A stretch of 64,000 nt of DNA. Origin: Oscillospiraceae bacterium. Its GTDB lineage: Bacteria > Bacillota > Clostridia > Oscillospirales > CAG-272. The first letter of the stretch is position 1. Each line of letters begins with the position of its first letter. The stretch lies in assembly GCA_015064295.1 (NCBI GenBank), contig SVSM01000002.1, positions 5,872 to 69,871 on the forward strand. Direction: 5' to 3'. The position numbers were made by a program, and so were the translations under genes. Below the pieces are notes generated by a model, which made no database searches, had not been told where the DNA came from, and worked only from the letters and a program-made list of their open reading frames with translations. Shown piece by piece: positions 16,578 through 26,094 of the stretch.

Positions 16578-18487
16578 CTTACGCGCTGGCCGAGGGGGGT
16601 ATCGTCGTCGAGGAAGACGACCTTGATCTTGTCGCCCTCACCGGAGGCCAGGATCATACCGTTGCTTTCGACGCCGCAGAGAACGGCGGGCTTCAGGTTC
16701 GCGACCACGATGAGCTTTTTGCCAATCAGATCCTCGGGCTTATAGCATTTGGCAATGCCGGAGGCCACCTGACGCTTCTCATAGCCAAGGTCAAGCTGCA
16801 GCTTCAGCAGCTTCTTGGCCTTGGGAATGGGCTCGCAGGCGATGACCTGAGCCGTGCGGAGCTCAACGCCCATGAAGTGGTCGATGGCGATCTCACTCTC
16901 GCAGTCCTCGGGCTTGGGTACGGCGGGCTCCTTGGGAGCGTTCATGGCTGCCAGCTTTTCCAGCGTCTCCTTCTCGTCAAGACGGGAGAAGAGCACCTTG
17001 GCTTCACCGATGGGCCGGCCGCTGACAAGCCCGCCGAAGGCGTAATCGTCACAGGCCGTACCGATCTGGGCAAGGATAGCCCCGGAGGTTCCGGGCATGA
17101 AGGGCTCCACCATGACGGCGCCCACGCGAATGGTTTCGAGCAGGTTGTAGAGCACGGTACCCAGACGGACGGTGTCGCCGTTCTTGGCCAGCGTCCAGGG
17201 GGTGGTCTCATCAATATACTTGTTGGCACGGCGGAAGAGGCCGAAGACCGTCTCCACGGCGTCAGCAATGCGGTAGGCGTCCATCTGGGCCACCATGTCG
17301 TCGTATGCCTTCTTGACACAGACCTTCAGGTCAGCGTCCACCTCGTTCTCGGCGTCGGGGGCGGGAACGATGCCGCCGAAGTACTTGGTGGTCATGGCCA
17401 GGGTGCGGTTAACAAGGTTACCGAGGTTGTTGGCCAGATCCATGTTGTAACGGGCGATGATGTTGTCGAAGGTAATGCTGCCGTCGTTGAGATAGGGCAT
17501 CTCGGCCAGCACGTACTCGCGGACGGCGTCGACGCCGATCACGTCGGCCAGGTCGTCGGCGTAGATAGAGTTGCCCTTACTCTTACTCATCTTGTCGGCG
17601 CCGATGTTCAGCCAGGGATGGCCGAAGACCTTCTTGGGCAGCGGCAGATCGAGAGCCATGAGAATGATGGGCCAGTAGATGGTGTGGAAGCGCATGATGT
17701 CCTTGCCGATGATATGAACGTCGGCAGGCCAGTTCTTCTTGAAGAGATCGGTTGCGGGCTCCTCGGGATTGTAGCCGAGGGCGGTGATATAGTTGGAGAG
17801 GGCGTCGATCCAGACGTAGATCACGTGCTTGTCGTCGAAGGTGACGGGAACGCCCCACTTGAAGGAGCTGCGGGAGACGCAGAGATCCTGAAGACCGGGC
17901 TTGAGGAAGTTGTTGACCATCTCCTTCTTGCGGGCCTCGGGCTCAATGAACTCGGGATGATCATCAATATACTGCATCAGACGGTCCTGATAGGCGCTCA
18001 TACGGAAGAAGTAGGACTCCTCCTTCATGCGCTTGACCTCACGGCCGCAGTCGGGGCACTTGCCGTCCACCGTCTGGGTGTCGGTCAGAAACGCCTCGCA
18101 GGGCTCGCAGTACCAGCCCTCGTATTCGCTCTTGTAGATGTCGCCCTTGTCGTAGAGCTTCTTGAAAATAGCCTGAACGGCTCTCTCGTGATAGTCGTCG
18201 GTGGTGCGGATGAACTTGTCGTAGGAGGTGTCCATCAGATCCCAGATCCGCTTGATCTCGCCGGCAACGCCGTCCACGTATTCCTTGGGCGTAATGCCTG
18301 CCTCGGCGGCGCAGTTTTCAATCTTCTGGCCGTGCTCGTCGGTACCGGTGAGGAAGTAAACGTCGTAGCCCTGCTTTCTCTTGTAGCGGGCAATGGCGTC
18401 GGTCATGATGATCTCGTAGGTGTTGCCGATGTGAGGCTTACGGGAGCTGTAAGCAATGGCCGTGGTAATGTAAAATCTTTCTTTCAT
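16574..18487 (-). CDS. metG: Methionine--tRNA ligase with a C-terminal tRNA-binding domain
   Basis: AYSSRKPHIGNTYE (HIGH-type motif), KMSKSKGN (KMSKS), and zinc knuckles CEPC/CPDC. Confidence 0.95.
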   Translation of the reverse strand: MKERFYITTAIAYSSRKPHIGNTYEIIMTDAIARYKRKQGYDVYFLTGTDEHGQKIENCAAEAGITPKEYVDGVAGEIKRIWDLMDTSYDKFIRTTDDYHERAVQAIFKKLYDKGDIYKSEYEGWYCEPCEAFLTDTQTVDGKCPDCGREVKRMKEESYFFRMSAYQDRLMQYIDDHPEFIEPEARKKEMVNNFLKPGLQDLCVSRSSFKWGVPVTFDDKHVIYVWIDALSNYITALGYNPEEPATDLFKKNWPADVHIIGKDIMRFHTIYWPIILMALDLPLPKKVFGHPWLNIGADKMSKSKGNSIYADDLADVIGVDAVREYVLAEMPYLNDGSITFDNIIARYNMDLANNLGNLVNRTLAMTTKYFGGIVPAPDAENEVDADLKVCVKKAYDDMVAQMDAYRIADAVETVFGLFRRANKYIDETTPWTLAKNGDTVRLGTVLYNLLETIRVGAVMVEPFMPGTSGAILAQIGTACDDYAFGGLVSGRPIGEAKVLFSRLDEKETLEKLAAMNAPKEPAVPKPEDCESEIAIDHFMGVELRTAQVIACEPIPKAKKLLKLQLDLGYEKRQVASGIAKCYKPEDLIGKKLIVVANLKPAVLCGVESNGMILASGEGDKIKVVFLDDDTPLGQRVR

Positions 18488-18675
18488 AGTTATACCTCCT
18501 ATTGGGCCAAAGGGCTCCGCCCTTTAAAACCCGCTTAAAAACTTCTTGAAAGAAGTTTTTAAGAATTTCAAGAACTTTAATCAGCGGAAATCTTTGATTT
18601 CCGCGGGGATTTCATGGTGATGAGTCATTCTTAGACTCTTGAATTGGTAAAAATCGTTGCATGATATAAATGCAT

Positions 18676-18780
18676 ACGATTCTCTTGGGAAAAACGAAGT
18701 TTTTCCCGTCCAAAAGTTTTTGGGGTCAAGGGGAATTTTTTCAAAAATTCCCTTGTGGGGCGCGGGGCAACGCCCCGCTA
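18676..18780 (-). repeat. Three-hairpin dispersed repeat, copy A. It overlaps the 3' end of the HAD hydrolase gene.
   Basis: Hairpins GCGGGGC/GCCCCGC (18762-18778), GGGAATTTTT/AAAAATTCCC (18731-18752) and GGGAAAAAC/GTTTTTCCC (18687-18707). It shares a 20-nt identical core, AAATTCCCCTTGACCCCAAA, with copy B at 31191-31296. Confidence 0.7.
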
Positions 18781-19559
18781 TCCGTTTCCTTCTCAATCAC
18801 CTCGATCATGGCGGCGACAGCGCCCTCGTCATGATCGCAAAGGACGCGGTCGCATAGCGCCTTGACGGCATCGATGGCATTGGACGGGCAGAAGGCCACG
18901 TCGGCGCTTTTCAGCATATCGATATCGTTTTCAAAGTCACCGATGCAGCAGACGATAAGATCGTCAAGCCCCCGCGCGGCGTAGTATTCTCGTAGGATAG
19001 CGATCATATTGCCCTTGGTAACGGTTTTGTCTACCGCCTCCACAATGGAATGCCAGGAGCGAAAGACGTTATACCGGTCGCCGTAGGCAGCCCTCATATA
19101 ATCGCGGCAGGCAAGGACCTGATCGTGGGAAGGAGAGTGAAAGCGCATCTTCCGCCAGCGATCGCCCCGCACCTCGTCGGGGGTAAGATCCTGCTGCATA
19201 ACGCCGTCGTCGGCGTAGCAGACGAAATCCATGTCGGGGAAGCGGGCGAGAATATCCTTGGCTGCACGGCGGGCAAAGACCCCGTCAAAGAAAAACTCTT
19301 TTAGAACGGTGTCGTTCAGGGGATCGTAGAGCACGGCGCCGTTGCTCATAACGACGGGCGCGTTGGCTACGTAGCGAAAATCGGGGTAGAGCTCCGCCAA
19401 AACCGAGGGCAAACGCCCGGTGGAAAAGGTGAAATGGCCGCCGAGGGCTTTGAAGCGCTCGATCGCCTCCAAATTCCGCGGGACGATCCGGCCGTTCTTT
19501 CCGGCAAAGGTGCCGTCAAAATCGCTTAGGATCAGGATATGCTCGAAGGGCTTATGCAA
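18741..19559 (-). CDS. HAD-superfamily (Cof-type) phosphatase
   Basis: LILSDFDGTF (motif I), STGR, GDFENDIDML (motif IV). Confidence 0.8.
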   Translation of the reverse strand: MHKPFEHILILSDFDGTFAGKNGRIVPRNLEAIERFKALGGHFTFSTGRLPSVLAELYPDFRYVANAPVVMSNGAVLYDPLNDTVLKEFFFDGVFARRAAKDILARFPDMDFVCYADDGVMQQDLTPDEVRGDRWRKMRFHSPSHDQVLACRDYMRAAYGDRYNVFRSWHSIVEAVDKTVTKGNMIAILREYYAARGLDDLIVCCIGDFENDIDMLKSADVAFCPSNAIDAVKALCDRVLCDHDEGAVAAMIEVIEKETDSGALPRAPQGNF

Positions 19560-20472
19560 AGGTCAAACCTCCCAAGAGGCGAAGCGCCTCGGTAAAGAAA
19601 TCGGGCAAGGGCGCATCAAAGCGCATGACCTCACCCGTTTTGGGGTGAACGAAGGAAATGGTCTTGGCGTGAAGGCACTGGCCGCGGAGGAGCTCCTCGT
19701 GAGAGGTCTCAAACCTGCTCCGCCCCCCTCCGTAGACGGTGTCGCCGAGAAGGGGATGGCCGAGGGAGGCCATGTGAACGCGAATCTGATGGGTACGACC
19801 GGTTTCCAGCTGGAGGGCCACGTGATCGGCGCCGTTCAGCTGCTCCAAAACACGGTAATTGGTGGCTGCTTCGCGGCCGCCGGCCACTACGGCCATTTTT
19901 TTGCGGTCGTTGGGGTGGCGGGCGATGGGCTTGTCGATGCGACCTTGCTCCTCACGGAGGTGGCCGTTCACGATGGCACGGTACTGTCTCTCAAAACGAT
20001 GGGAAGCGATCTGCTCGGCCAGGGAAAGATGGGCCTCGTCGGTCTTGGCGACCACAAGAAGGCCGCTGGTATCCTTGTCGATGCGGTGAACGATGCCGGG
20101 ACGGATGACGCCGTTGATCCCAGACAGACTGTCGCCGCAGTGATAGAGGAGGGCGTTGACCAGGGTTCCCGAGGGATTTCCCGCCGCAGGATGGACGACC
20201 ATGCCCTTTTCCTTGTTGACCACGAGGAGAGAATCGTCCTCGTAGACGATGTTCAGGGGAATATCCTCCGGCTCGGCCCGATCGGGGACAGGCTCGGGAA
20301 GCACCGTCTCCACCTCGTCGCCTTCACGGAGACGGTAGTTTTTGGGGACGACGCGGCCGCAGACGGTGACGTTTCCGTTTTCTGCCAATTTGGCAGCGGC
20401 GGAACGGGTGAGTCCCTCCCGTTCCGCCACAAAGACGTCCAGTCGTTTGCCGACGTCGCTTACGTCGATCAT
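19552..20472 (-). CDS. rluD: RluD-like 23S rRNA pseudouridine synthase (S4 domain plus RluA family)
   Basis: HRIDKDTSGLLVVAK, GRTHQIRVH. ATG 20472 overlaps the lspA stop. The ORF-track N-extension (RRRRRR) is unlikely to be real. Confidence 0.85.
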   Translation of the reverse strand: MIDVSDVGKRLDVFVAEREGLTRSAAAKLAENGNVTVCGRVVPKNYRLREGDEVETVLPEPVPDRAEPEDIPLNIVYEDDSLLVVNKEKGMVVHPAAGNPSGTLVNALLYHCGDSLSGINGVIRPGIVHRIDKDTSGLLVVAKTDEAHLSLAEQIASHRFERQYRAIVNGHLREEQGRIDKPIARHPNDRKKMAVVAGGREAATNYRVLEQLNGADHVALQLETGRTHQIRVHMASLGHPLLGDTVYGGGRSRFETSHEELLRGQCLHAKTISFVHPKTGEVMRFDAPLPDFFTEALRLLGGLTFA

Positions 20473-21032
20473 GAGTTGCCGCCGTCGGCGTCGCCTTCGG
20501 CGGGGGAAGGGGCGGGAGCCGTGACATTTGACGGCACCGCATCGGCCTTTTTCTTGGGAGAAGAGTCCTCCCAAAGGAAGCTTCGGTCAATGAACAGCAG
20601 ATCCAAGACGGCAAGGAAGGCGCCCACCGTAACGAAGCAATCGGCTACGTTAAAAACGGCAAAATCCACGAACAGAAATTCGAAGAAATCCACCACGTAT
20701 CCGTTAAGGATACGGTCGATCTGATTGCCGATGCCGCCGCCGGCGACCATGGCAAGAGACAGGCCAAGAAGGGGCGGAACGGTCTTGCGGCACTTGATGA
20801 GATAAGTGAGGATCCCAAGGATAGCCGCCGTCGACAGGATGATGAAGAACCACCGCTGACCCTTCAGCATACCGAAGGCGGCGCCGGTGTTCTCCACATA
20901 ACGGAGTCCCAGGATTCCGTCCAGCAGGACGGTGGACGAGATGGGCATCAGATCCCTGACCGCCAGATACTTGGTCCACTGATCCAGAGCAACGGAGCCG
21001 ACGACAATGACAGCCCAAAGAATTAACTGCAT
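20469..21032 (-). CDS. lspA: Lipoprotein signal peptidase II
   Basis: LDQWTKYL...VENTGAAFG...GGGIGNQIDR...FNVAD. Confidence 0.9.
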   Translation of the reverse strand: MQLILWAVIVVGSVALDQWTKYLAVRDLMPISSTVLLDGILGLRYVENTGAAFGMLKGQRWFFIILSTAAILGILTYLIKCRKTVPPLLGLSLAMVAGGGIGNQIDRILNGYVVDFFEFLFVDFAVFNVADCFVTVGAFLAVLDLLFIDRSFLWEDSSPKKKADAVPSNVTAPAPSPAEGDADGGNS

Positions 21033-21066
21033 GGATGGTACCTTTCCGAAAAAGCGAAATAGGAGA

Positions 21067-23838
21067 TCAGAGTCCGAGAACGGTCATGCAACGCCGGCAA
21101 AGGAAGCCGCTGCCGTCGTCGTGGCCATCTTCGGCGAACTTCCAGCAACGGACGCACTTGCAGCCGTCGGCGGGAGCCACCTCGATCTTGTCGGTGTCGC
21201 CGAGGGTGACGGTGACGCCCGAGACGATGAAGACGGTCTCCAGCTCGTCTCCGAAGCCGGTGAGAAGGTCAAACTTCTCCTTGTCGGAAACGGTCAGAGC
21301 GATCTTGGCGTCAAGGGACTTACCGATCTGCTTGGCGGCTCTTGCCTCCTCCAGGGCCTTCATGACGTCATCACGAAGGGCAAAGAGGCGGTTCCAACGG
21401 GCCTCAACCTCCGGGAAGCGGAGGTCATCACGGTAGGCAGGCATATCGTTGAGCATGACGTGGCGGGTATCGTCGGAATCGAGGTGGGACATGGCAAGCC
21501 ACGCCTCGTCGGCGGTGAAGGCCAAAATGGGAGCCAGCAGGCGCACCAGGGAGGAGAGCATGACGTACATGGTGGTCTGAGCGGCGCGGCGGCCTCTGCT
21601 GTCCTTGGCCTCGGTGTAAACCCGGTCCTTGGTGATGTCCACGTAGAGCTTGGAAAGCTCCACGGTGCAGAAATTGCTCAGCTCGTGGCAGACCACGTGG
21701 AACTCATAGTCGTTGTAGGCATCGCGGACGGTCTTGACCAGCTCGTTCAGACGGGAGAGAGCCCACTTGTCGATCTCGGGGAGCTCGGCAAAGGGAACCA
21801 TGTCGGTATTGGGATCAAAGTCGTCCTCGGCGGTGCCGAGGTTGGCCATGAGGATACGGACGGTGTTGCGGATCTTGCGATAGACCTCCGAGAGCTGCCT
21901 AAAGATCTCGGTGGAGCAGCGCACGTCGGCGTGATAATCGGAGGAAGCGGCCCACAGGCGGACGATGTCGGCGCCGAAATCCTTAATGAGATCGGCAGGA
22001 TCGACGCCGTTGCCGAGGCTCTTGTGCATGGCACGTCCCTGACCGTCCACCACCCAGCCGTGGGTGAGGACCTGACGGAAGGGAGCACCCTGATCGAGAG
22101 CACCCACCGAGGTAAGCAGGGAGGACTGGAACCAACCGCGGTACTGGTCGGCACCCTCCAGATAGACGTCAGCCGGCCACAGGTCGGGAGTATCCTTCAT
22201 GAGGGAAGCAAAGTGGGTGGAGCCGGAGTCGAACCAGCAGTCGAGGGTGTCGGTCTCCTTGTCGAAGGTCTTACCGCCACAGTGGGGGCAGGTGAAGCCG
22301 TCGGGCACCAGATCCATGGCGTCCCGCTCAAACCAGACGTTGGAGCCGTGCTCGTCAAACAGGGCAGAGATCTTTTCAATAGAAGCAGGGGTAGAAACGG
22401 GCTTACCGCAGTCCTTGCAGTAGAAGACGGGAATGGGCAGGCCCCAGCGACGCTGACGGGAGATACACCAGTCGGCGCGCTCGCGGATCATGCTGACCAT
22501 GCGATCCTCGCCCCAGGCGGGATACCATTTTACGTTTTCGATGGCCTTGATGGCCTGTTCCTTGAAGGATTCCACCGAGCAGAACCACTGAGGGGTAGCA
22601 CGGAAGATGATGGGCTTCTTGCAGCGGTCGTGATGCGGATAGGAGTGCACAATCTCCTCGGAAGCAAAGAGGGCACCCGAGGCCTTCATGTCCTCAAGGA
22701 TCACGGGGTTAGACGCCTCGGTCTTCATACCGGCGTATTTGCTGGCGTAATCGGTGTGGCGGCCGTAGTCGTCCACCGGCACCACCAGATCCATGCCGTA
22801 GCGCATGCAGGTCTGATAGTCGTCGGCACCGAAGCCGGGAGCGGTGTGAACGCAACCGGTACCGGAGTCCATGGTCACGTATTCGGCGTAGACCAGGCGG
22901 GAGGTCTTATCGAGGAAGGGATGCTGAGCCAGCATATTCTCAAAGAAGGCGCCGGGGTAGGTGGCAAGAACCTCGTAGCTCTCAAAGCCGCCCATCTTCA
23001 TGGTCTTTTCCATCAGGGCCTCGGCCATGATGTAGGTCTCGCCGTTGTCGGCCTTGACCAGCACGTAGGTATCGCGGGGATGGAGACAGATGGCCATGTT
23101 ACCCGGGAGCGTCCAGATGGTGGTGGTCCAGATGACGAAGTAGGTCTTGCTGAGATCAAACCCACCCAGCTTGCCGAGATCGTCCTTCATCTTGAACTTC
23201 ACGTAAACGGAGGTGCAGGGATCGTCCTTGTATTCGATGTCGGCCTCGGCCACGGCGGTGGCACAGAAGGGACACCAGGTGACGGGCTTCAGACCCTTGT
23301 AGATAAAGCCCTTATCGAACATACGGCCGAAGATCTTAACCTCCTGAGCCTCAAAGTGACGGTCCATGGTGCGATAGGGATGCTCCCAATCGCCAAGAAC
23401 GCCGAGACGCTTGAAGCCTTCCATCTGCTTCTGAATGAAGTCCTCGGCAAACTCCTCGCAAGCGCGGCGGAATTCGGGCACCGACATATCTCTGTTAAGC
23501 TTTTTCTTGGAGTTTTCGATGGCGCGCTCAATGGGCAGGCCGTGGTTATCCCAGCCGGGCACGTAGGGGGTATAGTAGCCCATCATGGCGTGGCTGCGGA
23601 TGATAAAGTCCTTCAGCACCTTGTTCAGAGCGTGGCCCATGTGGATGTAGCCGTTACTGAAGGGAGGGCCGTCGTGCAGGATAAAGGAGGGCTTGCCGGC
23701 ATTTCTCTTTTTGATTTCGTTATAGAGGTCCAGGGCCGTCCAACGGTCGTACATGGCGGGCTCGCGCTGAGGAAGGGCGGCACGCATCGGGAATTCGGTC
23801 TCGGGCAGATTCAGAGTCTTGGTATAGTCCTGTGTCAT
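21067..23838 (-). CDS. ileS: Isoleucine--tRNA ligase
   Basis: 923 aa. PPFSNGYIHMGHA (HIGH region), KSLGNG (KMSKS-type), an editing domain, and a C-terminal zinc finger (CVRCWK...CRRC). Confidence 0.96.
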   Translation of the reverse strand: MTQDYTKTLNLPETEFPMRAALPQREPAMYDRWTALDLYNEIKKRNAGKPSFILHDGPPFSNGYIHMGHALNKVLKDFIIRSHAMMGYYTPYVPGWDNHGLPIERAIENSKKKLNRDMSVPEFRRACEEFAEDFIQKQMEGFKRLGVLGDWEHPYRTMDRHFEAQEVKIFGRMFDKGFIYKGLKPVTWCPFCATAVAEADIEYKDDPCTSVYVKFKMKDDLGKLGGFDLSKTYFVIWTTTIWTLPGNMAICLHPRDTYVLVKADNGETYIMAEALMEKTMKMGGFESYEVLATYPGAFFENMLAQHPFLDKTSRLVYAEYVTMDSGTGCVHTAPGFGADDYQTCMRYGMDLVVPVDDYGRHTDYASKYAGMKTEASNPVILEDMKASGALFASEEIVHSYPHHDRCKKPIIFRATPQWFCSVESFKEQAIKAIENVKWYPAWGEDRMVSMIRERADWCISRQRRWGLPIPVFYCKDCGKPVSTPASIEKISALFDEHGSNVWFERDAMDLVPDGFTCPHCGGKTFDKETDTLDCWFDSGSTHFASLMKDTPDLWPADVYLEGADQYRGWFQSSLLTSVGALDQGAPFRQVLTHGWVVDGQGRAMHKSLGNGVDPADLIKDFGADIVRLWAASSDYHADVRCSTEIFRQLSEVYRKIRNTVRILMANLGTAEDDFDPNTDMVPFAELPEIDKWALSRLNELVKTVRDAYNDYEFHVVCHELSNFCTVELSKLYVDITKDRVYTEAKDSRGRRAAQTTMYVMLSSLVRLLAPILAFTADEAWLAMSHLDSDDTRHVMLNDMPAYRDDLRFPEVEARWNRLFALRDDVMKALEEARAAKQIGKSLDAKIALTVSDKEKFDLLTGFGDELETVFIVSGVTVTLGDTDKIEVAPADGCKCVRCWKFAEDGHDDGSGFLCRRCMTVLGL

Positions 23839-23872
23839 AAGTGTTGCCTTTCTTGAGAAGGGTTAATTCGAA

Positions 23873-23992
23873 ACGGTTCATTCCATGAAAACGGAAAATT
23901 CAAAAAAACGGAAAATTCAAAGAAACGGAAAATTCAAAGAAACGGAAAATTCAAAGAAACGGGAAATTGAAAGAAACGGTTAATTCGGTTTT
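23873..23992. repeat. 17-bp tandem repeat array filling the divIVA-ileS intergenic spacer
   Basis: Plus-strand unit ACGGAAAATTCAAAGAA. Units start at 23891, 23908, 23925, 23942 and 23959. Units 2-4 are identical, unit 1 differs by 1 nt and unit 5 by 2 nt. Degenerate copies flank them at 23873-23890 and 23976-23992. The last of these overlaps the divIVA stop. Confidence 0.9.
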
Positions 23993-24927
23993 TTACCGTC
24001 GTAGACCATTTCAAATTCGTCGGTGGAGGACATATCGGAGCGGTCGTTTTCGGCGGACACGTTTTTCAGCATGCGGAGAAACTCGGCATCGTCGTCACCC
24101 ATATCGTTTGCCGTCTCGTTGATGCGCTTGATGGAATCGAGGATCGAACCGCCCTCGGCGACCTCCTTGCGCTCCACGGGGAACTCGTCGGCCTCATCGC
24201 TCCACACCTCGTCGCTGTCGCGGGCGGCGGTAAAGGTTTCGGCGTCGGGGGAGACACTGAAGAGATCGTCGATGGCATCAGGGATCGGAACCTCGGCAGA
24301 GGTGGCGGGGGCAACGGCCTCGTCCTCCTCAACGGCAGACTCGGTCTCCTCCTCGTCCTGGAAGAAGGGATCCTCGGAGCCGGAGATAACGGCCTTTTTG
24401 CCGGCAAGATCGCGGCGGATCCGATCCAGGACCTCCTTGGAAAGCTCCTCGGCCTCCATTTCATCGTAGGGCTTGATCTCAACGTCGGGCGCGATCGCTT
24501 CGATCTGCTCAATGTGAGAGCGATAGCCCTCAAAGAGAGCCGCCTTAAAGGAGGCGATCTCCTGCTTGGCCTGACGGAGACGCTCGTTTTCCACCTTCAC
24601 GTTGGCCTTCAGCTCGGCGATGATGCGGTCGCAGCCGGTTTTGGCGGAACGCATGATGACGTCGGCACGCTCGTTGGCCTCGGCGATGATGCGGGTGCTG
24701 GCCTTCTGGGCGTTCATGAGGGTAGCGCGGATGGCCTCCTCCTCAGTCTTGATGGCGTCCAGCTGGGCTTCGGTCAGACGGAGCTTCTTTTCCAGCTCGT
24801 CGTTGAGGCGATAGAGCTCGGTGTACTTCTCAAGGATAAAAGCGATATGCTCGTCGACCTCAACGGTACTGTAGCCGCGGAGGGACTTGGAAAATTCTCT
24901 GTTTTTCAGTTCGTGCGGAGCGATCAT
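23980..24927 (-). CDS. divIVA: DivIVA domain-containing cell-division protein with a long acidic C-terminal tail
   Basis: The N-terminus IAPHELKNREFSKSLRGYSTVEVDEHI is a canonical DivIVA lipid-binding domain. A coiled coil follows. Confidence 0.88.
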   Translation of the reverse strand: MIAPHELKNREFSKSLRGYSTVEVDEHIAFILEKYTELYRLNDELEKKLRLTEAQLDAIKTEEEAIRATLMNAQKASTRIIAEANERADVIMRSAKTGCDRIIAELKANVKVENERLRQAKQEIASFKAALFEGYRSHIEQIEAIAPDVEIKPYDEMEAEELSKEVLDRIRRDLAGKKAVISGSEDPFFQDEEETESAVEEDEAVAPATSAEVPIPDAIDDLFSVSPDAETFTAARDSDEVWSDEADEFPVERKEVAEGGSILDSIKRINETANDMGDDDAEFLRMLKNVSAENDRSDMSSTDEFEMVYDGKKPN

Positions 24928-25008
24928 GGCGAAAAGCCTCCTGTTATTCTCCCGACGGAAAAGAGCGCAGGCAGAGACGGTCGGGGTACGGTCTGCCCTC
25001 TTGAGGGA

Positions 25009-25287
25009 TCAAAGCAATGCGTGAAGGATGTACTGCGCGACGGTAAGCAGCAAAACGGCGCCCAAAAAGGAAAAGTCAATGGGCCCCTCCGCCCCGATGT
25101 TCAGACGGTAGAGGATCTTGCGGACGAAGGCCACCAGCGGCTCGGTCACGGCGTACAGGACGCGGATGAGCCCGTTATCCTCCCCCGGCATGATCCAGGA
25201 AAGAATGGCCCGGGCCAGCATGGCGTATTGAAGCAGATTGATCAGATGATAGGCCACGAAGGTGGTAAAAAAGGCCAAGCTCGTCAA
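25009..25287 (-). CDS. yggT: YggT family membrane protein
   Basis: MLARAILSWIMP...LTEPLV.. is the YggT signature. I favour the TTG start at 25287 because AAAGGAGGGG lies 9 nt upstream. The track ORF extends to 25311. Confidence 0.75.
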   Translation of the reverse strand: MTSLAFFTTFVAYHLINLLQYAMLARAILSWIMPGEDNGLIRVLYAVTEPLVAFVRKILYRLNIGAEGPIDFSFLGAVLLLTVAQYILHALL

Positions 25288-25447
25288 TCGTCCACCCCTC
25301 CTTTCGGGCAATTGGCAGAAAAAGCGAAGGAAAGCAAAAACAAAAACAAACGGCTCTGCGATCGATTCACAGTCCGTTTAGGGCAGAGCAAAAAATCAGC
25401 AAGACCGCATTGCCCCCCTGCGGGAGGCAATGCGGTTATGGCATAGA

Positions 25448-25915
25448 TCAATACAGATCGGTGTCGTCCTGTTTGCGCGCTTCCTGAAGCTGCTCGCCCG
25501 ACACGTCCACGTTCTTGGGAACGATGACGAAGGTGTTGTTGGCAACTCTCTGGATGTAGCCGTCGATGGAATAGGCAACACCGCTGAGGAAGTCGATAAG
25601 ACGTCTGGCGGACTCCTTGTTGGTGACCTCCAGATTCAACACGACGGTGCGGTTGTTGAGCAGATGATCGGCGATCTTCTGCGCGGTAGCGCTATCATAT
25701 TTTTCGGGCTTAACGACCTTCATTTCAAGGGCGCCGCCGACGACACCCATGGAAGACTGTCTCGACTGAACGGGCTGAGCGTAGCTTGCCGTCTGCTGAG
25801 CGGGCTGCTGAACGGCGGGCTCGTCCTCAAAATCGTAGTAGCCCTCGTCGTCGTCGTAATAATCGTCCTCCTCGGGAGGGTTGACCATACCCTTAACCTT
25901 GTCCCAAATTCCCAT
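25448..25915 (-). CDS. sepF: Cell division protein SepF
   Basis: The C-terminal SepF domain reads VVKPEKYDSATAQKIADHLLNNRTVVLNLE...RRLIDFLSGVAYSIDG. ATG 25915 has GGAGG upstream. Confidence 0.9.
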   Translation of the reverse strand: MGIWDKVKGMVNPPEEDDYYDDDEGYYDFEDEPAVQQPAQQTASYAQPVQSRQSSMGVVGGALEMKVVKPEKYDSATAQKIADHLLNNRTVVLNLEVTNKESARRLIDFLSGVAYSIDGYIQRVANNTFVIVPKNVDVSGEQLQEARKQDDTDLY

Positions 25916-26094
25916 GTTGTGTACCTCCATACTATGTAAAACTCATTTTTTTTGCGGATCTGCGGTGTGGGCAAACCAACCCACCCTATTAAATATCATT
26001 ATAACACATTTTTTCGCGTAAAGCAACGGTTTTTTCAAAAACCTTGCCGAATATTTTCACTTTTTTTTGTGCAATTCGGCAAAGAACCGTCACG

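Noticed and set aside
16877-18538. A 553-aa plus-strand ORF, together with similar long antisense ORFs at 26312-28114, 32092-33591, 34107-35216, 42088-43065, 43238-44149, 44700-45491, 51776-52645, 56907-58169 and 19420-20724.
   Set aside because: Each is antisense to a confidently identified gene and has shadow-ORF composition. Stop codons are rare in G+C-rich antisense frames.
18488-18740. T-box riboswitch leaders for metG (here), ileS (23839-23979) and proS (32412-32490).
   Set aside because: I found no conserved T-box sequence or specifier-loop architecture by eye, and two of the spacers are too short. A covariance-model scan is needed to be sure.
21007-23856. A 949-aa plus-strand ORF covering the whole ileS locus.
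   Set aside because: It is antisense to an unmistakable ileS. Its Gly/Val/His/Asp-rich low-information composition is typical of shadow frames in G+C-rich DNA. It has no recognisable motifs.
23873-23992. The tandem repeat might be a CRISPR array or a coding repeat.
   Set aside because: The units abut without spacers. The 17-nt period is not a multiple of 3. No cas genes are present in the window.
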